Virus record (IMG/VR): IMGVR_UViG_3300005326_000059
Location: 1-50,341 of that record
Length of the DNA: 50,341 bases
From: a virus
Taxonomy: Duplodnaviria; Caudoviricetes
Strand: one strand, 5' to 3'
Positions 20,761 through 28,047 of this stretch are shown in pieces. Every line of letters begins with the position of its first letter. Positions within the stretch are counted from its first letter, which is position 1. The translations under genes were made by a program, and so were the position numbers. The notes beneath the pieces are model-generated. The model ran no database searches, was not told where the DNA came from, and saw only the letters and a program-made list of their open reading frames with translations.

Positions 20761-21236
20761 TGGGTAAGACAAAAGCAACACCAAAGAAAATCGTAGGTAC
20801 ATTGGCCTATGTAGAGAAAAGAAACATCATCGGAGAAATTAAGAGTGACTTCTATACGCTGACTATTACCGATACGCATGCCGTATTTGCTGCAAGAGGG
20901 TATAAGTATGTGTGCGACGCCACAAGTGATGCTTATATCCACCTAAGAGGGTTGGTAGAACTTAGTGATAAGCCTGATAAGACTGCCGAGGAGGTAGAGA
21001 TGCTTGAGAATCTAAAAGACATCTATACGAACAATCTGAATTGGCATACCCTTTGGTTTATTGATGTTGAGCTAGCGGCAAAGGTGTGGACTCTTCATGT
21101 GAATTACTTGAATGAGAAAACTAAGGCAGCTATGGAGGCCGAACTTACACCTGACGACCCTGCGGCTCTCCAAGAGCTTGAGGACATGAATAAGTTTGTC
21201 GAGCAAGAGACGAAGGAGCTAGAGGCTATCAAGTAA
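20760..21236 (+). CDS. Hypothetical protein
   Basis: Coupled ORF followed by a terminator. Confidence 0.7.
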   Translation: MGKTKATPKKIVGTLAYVEKRNIIGEIKSDFYTLTITDTHAVFAARGYKYVCDATSDAYIHLRGLVELSDKPDKTAEEVEMLENLKDIYTNNLNWHTLWFIDVELAAKVWTLHVNYLNEKTKAAMEAELTPDDPAALQELEDMNKFVEQETKELEAIK

Positions 21237-21260
21237 AATCTATGCTTTGAAATAAAATCT

Positions 21261-21289
21261 AGGAGGTATTGAAAAATATCTCCTTTTTT
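21261..21289 (+). terminator. Intrinsic terminator
   Basis: AGGAGGTATT-GAAA-AATATCTCCT followed by T run. Confidence 0.75.
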
Positions 21290-21290
21290 A

Positions 21291-21322
21291 TTTGGATTGT
21301 CGTCCCTTTTAAATTACTTTTG
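21291..21322 (+). promoter_or_regulatory. Bacteroidota-type promoter for the ncRNA unit
   Basis: TTTG (21291)-N20-TACTTTTG (21315). Confidence 0.65.
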
Positions 21323-21544
21323 TAGAAGCAAAAAAGATTGAAGTACAATTTGAGTTTGTCAAACCCTAGGTGCTAGGGGATTAAGGTTGCGCTTGTCGGC
21401 GCAAGGATACGCTAAGAAATAAGAGAACGGCAGTGGCCTAGGGTAACTGAATTTTACTGCCATAATCAGAGTAGGGTCTCTAGCTTAAATACATAATGCC
21501 CTATTTCTTGGAAAGACTGACACCTCGGAAAGTTACGAGGATTT

Positions 21545-21680
21545 GGGAGAGTGGCAAAATAGGTGGCCGCAATGGACAATGAGACGGTAAAAAGGAATAA
21601 AGCACATAACCCTATAAATCCGAGTGCGTGGTAGAAGCCCACAGTCCAAATGTGCACAGGTTCGATTCCTGCCTTTCCCT
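21545..21680 (+). ncRNA. tRNA-like element 1 (66-nt insert in anticodon loop)
   Basis: Acceptor GGGAGAG/CTTTCCC; D-like TGGCAAAATAGGTGGCCGC; TGGAC/GTCCA stem; T arm CAGG-TTCGATT-CCTG. Confidence 0.7.
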
Positions 21681-21781
21681 CGAATGCGGTTCGACTCCGC
21701 TCGGTGACTTAGGTTGTGGTAAGACAAGCCGCTAAGCGTAATGGCAGGCGGGTTTGTAGTCTGACAATCGGAAAGACGATT

Positions 21782-21880
21782 GATAGAGTGGCAAAAATGG
21801 AAAATGCGGGCAGTGTAATAGCCCCGAGGTGGAATGCGCAATAGTAACCTCGCTTGCGGGTTCGAGCCCCGTCTCTATCG
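21782..21880 (+). ncRNA. tRNA-like element 2 (Tyr-GTA-like loop, oversized variable arm)
   Basis: Acceptor GATAGAG/CTCTATC; GGGC-AGTGTAATA-GCCC; CGAGGT/ACCTCG variable stem; T arm GCGGG-TTCGAGC-CCCGT. Confidence 0.72.
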
Positions 21881-21881
21881 C

Positions 21882-22006
21882 TTCGAGTGGTGCAACTAGA
21901 CACTTACTCATACTTAGGTTAGTCTCGGACAAGGTGGCCGCGTAAGGTATGGGTAGATGCGCATAAGTCCCAATGCGCAATGATGGGTTAGACCCCATCC
22001 TCGAAA
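21882..22006 (+). ncRNA. tRNA-like element 3 (extended anticodon stem with insert)
   Basis: Acceptor TTCGAG/CTCGAA; D-like TGGTGCAACTAGACAC; 12-bp TTACTCATACTT/AGGTATGGGTAG; TGCGCAT/ATGCGCA; T-like GATGGG-TTAGAC-CCCATC. Confidence 0.62.
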
Positions 22007-22013
22007 TGAATAT

Positions 22014-22143
22014 GGAGGGAGTGGCGGTGGCGCCCGAAGTGGTAGTAGGTGTATTTGAGCGGTTAAAATCAAGCGGCGGGGTTCGACACCCCAACGCCCC
22101 GAAAGGGTAAGATACCACATGTTCAACTCATGTCTCCCTCCCA
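22014..22143 (+). ncRNA. tRNA-like element 4 (multi-hairpin insert with a second T-loop)
   Basis: Acceptor GGAGGGAG/CTCCCTCC; GTGGTA/TACCAC stem; T arm ACATG-TTCAACT-CATGT; internal GGGG-TTCGACA-CCCC. Confidence 0.62.
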
Positions 22144-22281
22144 AAATTAGGATTAGGTTGGCGGCCTATGCGCTAGGCGAAAATAAACTAGCCATTTACT
22201 TGATTGAGGTAATCCTCCCCAAGACTAGTCCTTTTTAAATTAATGGCCTTGAGCGGCCTTGTAAAACTCAATTTACATAAT

Positions 22282-22416
22282 ATGACACAAGCAGAAATTA
22301 TTGCCGCAATCTCAGCGCTAGCAACCGTTTTATCAATCCCTTCAACAAGAAGCGATATTGTTCAGAAGGCTAATGATAAAATAGGAGAGTTAATCACAAA
22401 GTTAATTAGTTTTTAA
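22282..22416 (+). CDS. 44-aa small protein inside the ncRNA unit
   Basis: MTQAEIIAAISALATVLSIPSTRSDIVQKANDKIGELITKLISF*; AT-rich leader. Confidence 0.55.
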   Translation: MTQAEIIAAISALATVLSIPSTRSDIVQKANDKIGELITKLISF

Positions 22417-22644
22417 AATACTAGAGAGTGGAAGAAACGACCTCTAAGAATAGCCCCGAATTGGCTTTGTGGGGCACTCATTCTAAATAAAGTGAATGAT
22501 AATACCAGTTTGGCACAGCCACTCTCTTTTAAAATATGAATCCCAAAGGCCACGGGGACGAAAGCGGGGTTGAAATGATACCCTCCGAATCGTAGGTCGG
22601 TACTAACACCCCCATAGGAGGCATTTTAGAGTTGGGGGATAATT

Positions 22645-22717
22645 GCTAGGATAGCTCAGTCGGTAGAGCACTTGTTTCGTAAACAAGGGGTCGGGAGTTC
22701 GAGTCTCCCTCTTAGCT
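22645..22717 (+). tRNA. tRNA-Thr(CGT), CCA not encoded
   Basis: Full cloverleaf: GCTAGGA/TCTTAGC, GCTC/GAGC D arm, CTTGT-TTCGTAA-ACAAG, GGGAG-TTCGAGT-CTCCC. Confidence 0.93.
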
Positions 22718-22810
22718 CGGTGTTGGATAGCTACCAACTGATTTTAGGGGAATGATTACATTTGTGAGCGAGGTAACCTAAAAGAGAATGACAAAAACAC
22801 TCGCCCACAT

Positions 22811-22838
22811 AAGAGCTCCTGTAATAAGGGGCTTTTTT
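22811..22838 (+). terminator. Intrinsic terminator closing the ncRNA unit
   Basis: AAGAGCTCCT/AGGGGCTTTT stem with T tail. Confidence 0.7.
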
Positions 22839-23152
22839 ACATTATAGTATGATTTGATTTTACAAATCGACAAAATTGATGTCTTGAATATGTAAAAACA
22901 CAATATAGTGCTTATCTGTGTTCATTGCCACTGAACATATATTTTCATTGAACACATCTTACTACAACTTTTGGCGGCATTTGAACACAATAAATGGCTT
23001 AAATGTGTAGTTGCACTACTAGAGTATGGCCTATTATAAAAACGGCAATAAAATAGCCTTACTGCCGTTAATTTGATATAAAGCGCTTCTGTTATGAAGC
23101 ATTTATAATGCACTATGGAAAGAAAAGTGACTTTGTGATGGCTATATCATAC

Positions 23153-23179
23153 AAAAAGGGGAGTTATTAGCTCCCCTTT
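23153..23179 (-). terminator. Intrinsic terminator of the leftward operon
   Basis: AAAGGGGAGTTA/TAGCTCCCCTTT dyad with U tract on -. Confidence 0.7.
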
Positions 23180-23183
23180 CTCT

Positions 23184-23414
23184 TTATTTACTCTTCTCGT
23201 CTTTGGCAAATCCTATCTTTTCAGACTTCTTTACCCTAACAAGTTCGTATGGCGCTCTCTCGGCGACAAAGTCCAAACCATCCCATATACGATAGAAGCA
23301 AGTTCCGTTGGTATATATTAGAGCAGTAACCATCATTGTCTTTTTAGTCTCATCAATGACTAGGTGAACTAGGTCGCCACACTTATACTCGTATTCTACC
23401 TTAAACTTTTCCAT
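23184..23414 (-). CDS. Small SH3-like beta-barrel protein
   Basis: YKCGDLVHL...MMVTAL pattern. Confidence 0.5.
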   Translation of the reverse strand: MEKFKVEYEYKCGDLVHLVIDETKKTMMVTALIYTNGTCFYRIWDGLDFVAERAPYELVRVKKSEKIGFAKDEKSK

Positions 23415-23420
23415 AACCCA

Positions 23421-23960
23421 TTACTCCTCAACATAATTGTCGATTATGTTTTTGAACTCAAATTGGTTCCAAGATGCTCCATTTGTATAGCCCTGTGACA
23501 ATAGCCATATCGCCATCCCTTCCGTCACCTGCTCCCTTGCCACCTTATATCTCTCTGACTTAAAGTCGGTAAAATGGATTTCAAATTCTATGTCTCGGTT
23601 ATAGAACTCCTGAAACTCAATAGGAAATCTAAAATCTGAGACAATGACTGTGTTTACTCCATACCATACCATATCTTCGACCTTATCAAGCGTTGCTTTA
23701 GCGAATATATTTTTGCCGAATACCGCCTTTAAGGATTGGCCTATATCTACCATCCATTTACGATTCTCGGGGATTGCCTTCCACGCCTCGTAAGTCTCTT
23801 TGTCGTGCAAATTGAGTCCAAACATACGGGAGGCTAGGTCTACGATAGGGGTAGCAAACTTTAGATGCTCTACTCTCTCATCGGGGTGTTCTCTTTTGTA
23901 TTGCTCAACAAAGTAATCCTTTCCTGAGCCGATAACTCCTGTTACTAATATTATCTTCAT
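23421..23960 (-). CDS. P-loop kinase, dNMP kinase-like
   Basis: GVIGSGKD Walker A; KFATPI and SDFRFPIE motifs as in phage dNMP kinases. Confidence 0.7.
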   Translation of the reverse strand: MKIILVTGVIGSGKDYFVEQYKREHPDERVEHLKFATPIVDLASRMFGLNLHDKETYEAWKAIPENRKWMVDIGQSLKAVFGKNIFAKATLDKVEDMVWYGVNTVIVSDFRFPIEFQEFYNRDIEFEIHFTDFKSERYKVAREQVTEGMAIWLLSQGYTNGASWNQFEFKNIIDNYVEE

Positions 23961-24154
23961 CCTTGAATAAAGTTTAAAAAATCTTTATATGTTATTTCGC
24001 TAGGTAGCTTAGTACTAGACACGCTAAAGTTTACGCCGTCGCGTCTTTCGGGGAAATTTTCTAGCATATAATCTCTAATATGCCGCATCTCGTGACGGCC
24101 TTTTATCTCGTGGGTACTTATATACTCCGCTATCTCTTCGTAGGTCTTTTCCAT
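23957..24154 (-). CDS. Hypothetical protein
   Basis: ORF track, coupled. Confidence 0.6.
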   Translation of the reverse strand: MEKTYEEIAEYISTHEIKGRHEMRHIRDYMLENFPERRDGVNFSVSSTKLPSEITYKDFLNFIQG

Positions 24155-24193
24155 AGAGCTGAATAAAGGGGAGCTAGGCTCCCCGATTAGTTG

Positions 24194-24406
24194 CTATTCG
24201 TATGCAGGACATTCAAATACGGGAGTCGTAATCCCGTGTTTAACACAGTTTTCAAAAGTGTCTTTTGCTATCGGACAATTATCTTCCGACTCGGGTTTAA
24301 ATTTCTTACACCCTTGAAAGCAAAGACAATGAGAGCGGTGTGTCCCCTTTAGGTCTTCTATGACCGAAACAAGTGTGCCGTGATGCACATACTGTACAAT
24401 TTTCAT
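24194..24406 (-). CDS. Small Cys/His-rich protein
   Basis: HCLC..C..F...NCPIA...C...PVFECP. Confidence 0.65.
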   Translation of the reverse strand: MKIVQYVHHGTLVSVIEDLKGTHRSHCLCFQGCKKFKPESEDNCPIAKDTFENCVKHGITTPVFECPAYE

Positions 24407-24409
24407 CTC

Positions 24410-25597
24410 TTAGTCTAAATAAATTGATTGGAAATTCGTAAAACCTCGTTTCTCATTGAGTAGAACGAGTGATTGTTGTGGAACCTCGAAATCGAGGGCT
24501 TTACCCATAGCAAAGGAGTCATATCCCTTGAAGCTTCCGTTACCTACGGCCTGCTTAATGTCTATGGTAGTGTGATAGTGACCAAAGAATAGCCGCTCAA
24601 TGTTAAAAGTGGCGTTTATTTTAGCGAAATACTTAAGTAGTGGAATATATAAACCACCCACGCCATTTTGGTATTTTAGTAAATTTCCGTGAACAAAAGC
24701 ATAGTTTTTCCCAAATATATTGAGTATCGCCATAGAAGCCTTTGGTATAATGAAGTTAAACTTTTTCAAGCCTAATATTTTACACATAGACTCTAAGTCT
24801 TTATACAAAAAGTATTCGTAAGATGTTTCCGTAAGGTTATTGAAAGGCAATTTATCAGTAGTACGCCCATGATTCCCCACAATGCAAACAACATCTATCT
24901 GCTGAACCTCAAGATGTTTTTCTAAATACATCAACCCACTCATAAGGACTGTCTTAGCAAAGTCAATGGCCTCTAATGGAGTCATAGAATTTGTCTGTCT
25001 GAGCTCCTCGTGGATGAATCCACCAATATTATCTCCTAAGAATGCTAATACATGCCTATTAATCTGATAGTTTTTTTGGTGGTGGCTTACTAGCTTGACT
25101 AAATTGATAAAATAGTTCTCCGCACGCCTTTGAGCAATCTCTTTGTTATACTCATTCTTGAACATCACTGACTCGGGTTCTACAACCTCATCACAATGCC
25201 AATCCGAAAAAAGCGATATAGATACAGTCTCTTTACTAGTTGGCTTATGGTCGAACTTAATCTCATAAGGCTTAATAGATGCCGTAGACTGCCTTATGTC
25301 AAGTATGTTTTGAAGCCTCTCTATCTCTTCTTCTCTACTCATTAAGGCTTCTCTAAGCTCCCTTGACTGACGCTCTACCCTCTTATTTTTATGTAGCTCT
25401 ATCACCTTATCGGCCTCGTTTTGTTCTTTTGTCGGGCTAGATGCTTTGATGCCCTTTATCTGAGCAACCTCATCATCCTTCATGTAAACACGCATAGTGG
25501 TTAGGCTCCCCGAATTAGGGACAAACTCACTCTTAACTCCTCTTATTGAACACCATTGATTATGTTGCTCTTCTGTTAGTCTTAAATATTTACCCAT
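24410..25597 (-). CDS. Calcineurin-like metallophosphoesterase
   Basis: SDWH, LGD, GNHG, HG and GHYH motifs. Confidence 0.85.
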   Translation of the reverse strand: MGKYLRLTEEQHNQWCSIRGVKSEFVPNSGSLTTMRVYMKDDEVAQIKGIKASSPTKEQNEADKVIELHKNKRVERQSRELREALMSREEEIERLQNILDIRQSTASIKPYEIKFDHKPTSKETVSISLFSDWHCDEVVEPESVMFKNEYNKEIAQRRAENYFINLVKLVSHHQKNYQINRHVLAFLGDNIGGFIHEELRQTNSMTPLEAIDFAKTVLMSGLMYLEKHLEVQQIDVVCIVGNHGRTTDKLPFNNLTETSYEYFLYKDLESMCKILGLKKFNFIIPKASMAILNIFGKNYAFVHGNLLKYQNGVGGLYIPLLKYFAKINATFNIERLFFGHYHTTIDIKQAVGNGSFKGYDSFAMGKALDFEVPQQSLVLLNEKRGFTNFQSIYLD

Positions 25598-25612
25598 GTA
25601 CTTTTTATTAAA

Positions 25613-26023
25613 TTAAACCTTTTTTCTACAAAGATAGTAGTCCATAATAATAGACCATATCTTCGATAGCTTTCCTTTTTTCTCTACAACAGGCTGCTCT
25701 TCACGGCTAGGTATACTTTTGTTCTCATGGTACTCAATAACCTTGTATGTACCATCAAGCTCATACCAAAAGTTTACTCCGAGCTCCTTAGCTCCTTTTA
25801 GAGAGAGAGGTAGATAATAGGTCTGATAACGGGCACAGTCTTGCGTAATTACAGCATATTTCCCGTTCCATATTACTGTTTTACTATCTCTAAGCTCGTT
25901 AAGCCTGATTGCTTCACTTGCGGCTACTCTTGGCCGTAGGTTTTTGTAAGCATTTATGTCAAGCCCCTTGACCTTGCAGTATATCCACATCTGCGGATAA
26001 TTCAATCTTTTCTTCGTTCCCAT
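25613..26023 (-). CDS. Hypothetical protein
   Basis: ORF track. Confidence 0.6.
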   Translation of the reverse strand: MGTKKRLNYPQMWIYCKVKGLDINAYKNLRPRVAASEAIRLNELRDSKTVIWNGKYAVITQDCARYQTYYLPLSLKGAKELGVNFWYELDGTYKVIEYHENKSIPSREEQPVVEKKGKLSKIWSIIMDYYLCRKKV

Positions 26024-26033
26024 ACTTTATGTT

Positions 26034-26162
26034 TTAATCTTCAATAATATTTCCACACTGAGGGCATACCATATCCCCGTCCTCTGTAACAAACTCTTTC
26101 GAGTTAGCCGAATATCCACAACATTCGCAGATAACAACGAGCTCTCCTGAGTAAGTTTCCAC
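26034..26162 (-). CDS. Small Zn-ribbon protein (GTG start proposed)
   Basis: CECCG...CPQCG; the longer track start overlaps the neighbouring ORF extensively. Confidence 0.45.
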   Translation of the reverse strand: METYSGELVVICECCGYSANSKEFVTEDGDMVCPQCGNIIED

Positions 26163-26448
26163 TGCTCGGCTCTTCTTGGATGAATCCGTAAATCTTCTCG
26201 AATCGCTCAAGGAACTGCTGAGACTGCTCGTTATCGTATCCCTCAATATAGAGGCGGTCGGCATACCACGCATAGAACCACTCGGCTTCTTGTTGAGTCC
26301 AACGGATTCTTTTGTGAGACGCGTTGGTGAATACATCTGTGTAATCAACTCCATAAATACCTCCTATTTTATTAAATACCAATACATCTGTAAGCTCAGG
26401 GAATAGCCAATTATTAATCCATGTCAAAACCCTTAAAATCGCTTTCAT
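26104..26448 (-). CDS. Hypothetical protein
   Basis: Starts 4 nt after the dnaN stop. Confidence 0.55.
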   Translation of the reverse strand: MKAILRVLTWINNWLFPELTDVLVFNKIGGIYGVDYTDVFTNASHKRIRWTQQEAEWFYAWYADRLYIEGYDNEQSQQFLERFEKIYGFIQEEPSSGNLLRRARCYLRMLWIFG

Positions 26449-26452
26449 AATT

Positions 26453-27556
26453 TTATCTTGCTACGACAGGCATTGCAATAGTTACTATGTCGTCATTTTC
26501 TACGCTAATCAATATAGGCTTGTTTTTCTCAGAGCATGATAGGATTATGTCTTCAATAGGCATCGCGTTGATGCACTCATATAGGTTCTTACTTGAGAAA
26601 CCAATGCGTAAGGAGTCACCACCTACCGCATCAATGGTCTCTGACATCTTCCTCCCAAAGTCGAGGTCTTGAGTGCTTATAGATAGACCCATAAACTCAA
26701 TGTCTAGAACGACATGGCTAATCGAACTGCTCTCAAATAATTCTCCGCGAGATATGGCAGATAGTAGCTCGGATTTTTTAACCTTTATAACATTTTTGTT
26801 ATCTTTAGGAACAATACTTGAATATGATGGGTACTTCCCTTCTGCAAGGCTAAAAATGACCTCTATCTCTTGAAATACAAATTGGCCATGAGTATCACTA
26901 AAGGATATCTCGCACTCATCAGTTTTAGATGGTAGGGATTTTTCTATTGTGGCGGCCGCTTTTGGAGGGATTAGGCTGCTGAATTTTTGCTCCGAAGAAC
27001 TGTCTTCCGCTATAACAATCATCTTATTCGCGTCGGTAGCTACAAATTTAACCTTGTAGTTTGAGTTGTCTACTAATATAGTGTTAAGAACAGGCCTCAG
27101 AGTGTCTTGTGATACAAAAGGCATCGCTGTGCTTAAAGCGTTCTTAAGAACCACAGCGCTTATCTTAATAGACTTATCGCCATTAACCTTAGGCGGCTTA
27201 GCGAAATCCATAGATGGCAAGAACGGCATCTCAAAACTCCCTTTACCACCATTGTACTTAACAACACATCTGCCACTTTCTTTATTGAAATCAAATTCTA
27301 GTGACTGTTCTGCCAGCTTACTTATAGATTCCTTCAAAAGCTTCGCAGGAAGGCAAAAAGAAGCCGAATCAGCGCATGTAATGTCGATAGAGATACTCGT
27401 GCTTACCTCGCCGTCAGAAGCGGTTAAAATGGCGCTGTTTCCGCTTATTTCAAATAGTATGTGGTCAAATATTGGAATTACACTCTTATTTGAAATAACC
27501 CCACTCAAAATATTAAGAGCAGGGTTGATTTTTGATTTTAAGATGCTAAACTTCAT
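26453..27556 (-). CDS. dnaN: DNA polymerase III beta sliding clamp
   Basis: 367 aa; IPIFDHIL, RPVLN, VATD, EGKYPSY, IGFS and MPV motifs. Confidence 0.9.
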   Translation of the reverse strand: MKFSILKSKINPALNILSGVISNKSVIPIFDHILFEISGNSAILTASDGEVSTSISIDITCADSASFCLPAKLLKESISKLAEQSLEFDFNKESGRCVVKYNGGKGSFEMPFLPSMDFAKPPKVNGDKSIKISAVVLKNALSTAMPFVSQDTLRPVLNTILVDNSNYKVKFVATDANKMIVIAEDSSSEQKFSSLIPPKAAATIEKSLPSKTDECEISFSDTHGQFVFQEIEVIFSLAEGKYPSYSSIVPKDNKNVIKVKKSELLSAISRGELFESSSISHVVLDIEFMGLSISTQDLDFGRKMSETIDAVGGDSLRIGFSSKNLYECINAMPIEDIILSCSEKNKPILISVENDDIVTIAMPVVAR

Positions 27557-27558
27557 CT

Positions 27559-28044
27559 CTAAGATTTTTTTAGCTTATCGTAATCCTCGATACTAGTGAA
27601 TGGGATGGCGTGTCTATAAGGGACGCCATTGCTAGCATAATATTTATATGGGACTCCATTCTTTATCTCGCTTAAGTGGCATATAATGGCGTACTCAGGC
27701 CTTTCATCCCAAAGTACAGCAAGCTGACCAAGACCAACTAGCGAGGTCTTAACCAATGCGGCTTTAGCATAATTCAATGCGTCGCCGTATTGAAAATTTA
27801 GGTTAAACAGAGGGCGTATATCACCATTATCCCCTAGGTCTGACATTGCAAAAGAGTTTTCTCTAATAACGACATCGCCATCTAGCGGGAAGAACCTATT
27901 TGAGAAAACCATATACTTGTACTTCGGGTTATCCTCAAATGTAGAGAACTCCTCACAGTAAGTATATCCTAAGGCTTCACAATCCTTTTTAAACGCTTCG
28001 TAAAGCGCAAATGTGCTTGCAACAACACCAAATTTTATTCCCAT
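27559..28044 (-). CDS. Hypothetical protein of the modular paralogue family
   Basis: C-terminal GQLAVLWD...YRHA domain. Confidence 0.65.
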   Translation of the reverse strand: MGIKFGVVASTFALYEAFKKDCEALGYTYCEEFSTFEDNPKYKYMVFSNRFFPLDGDVVIRENSFAMSDLGDNGDIRPLFNLNFQYGDALNYAKAALVKTSLVGLGQLAVLWDERPEYAIICHLSEIKNGVPYKYYASNGVPYRHAIPFTSIEDYDKLKKS

Positions 28045-28047
28045 AAC

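Noticed and set aside
21466-22144. Five minus-strand ORFs over the RNA array
   Set aside because: Mutually overlapping, atypical composition, antisense to the promoter-terminator unit and to tRNA-like structures.
21330-22800. Naming the RNA unit as GOLLD, ROOL, tmRNA or RNase P RNA
   Set aside because: No tmRNA tag or ends and no RNase P core motifs recognised; it parses as separate tRNA-sized domains. A GOLLD/ROOL match cannot be asserted or excluded without a covariance-model search.
26034-26354. 106-aa ORF as listed in the track
   Set aside because: The Ser-rich N-terminal part overlaps 26104-26448; only the Zn-ribbon part from GTG 26162 looks genuine.
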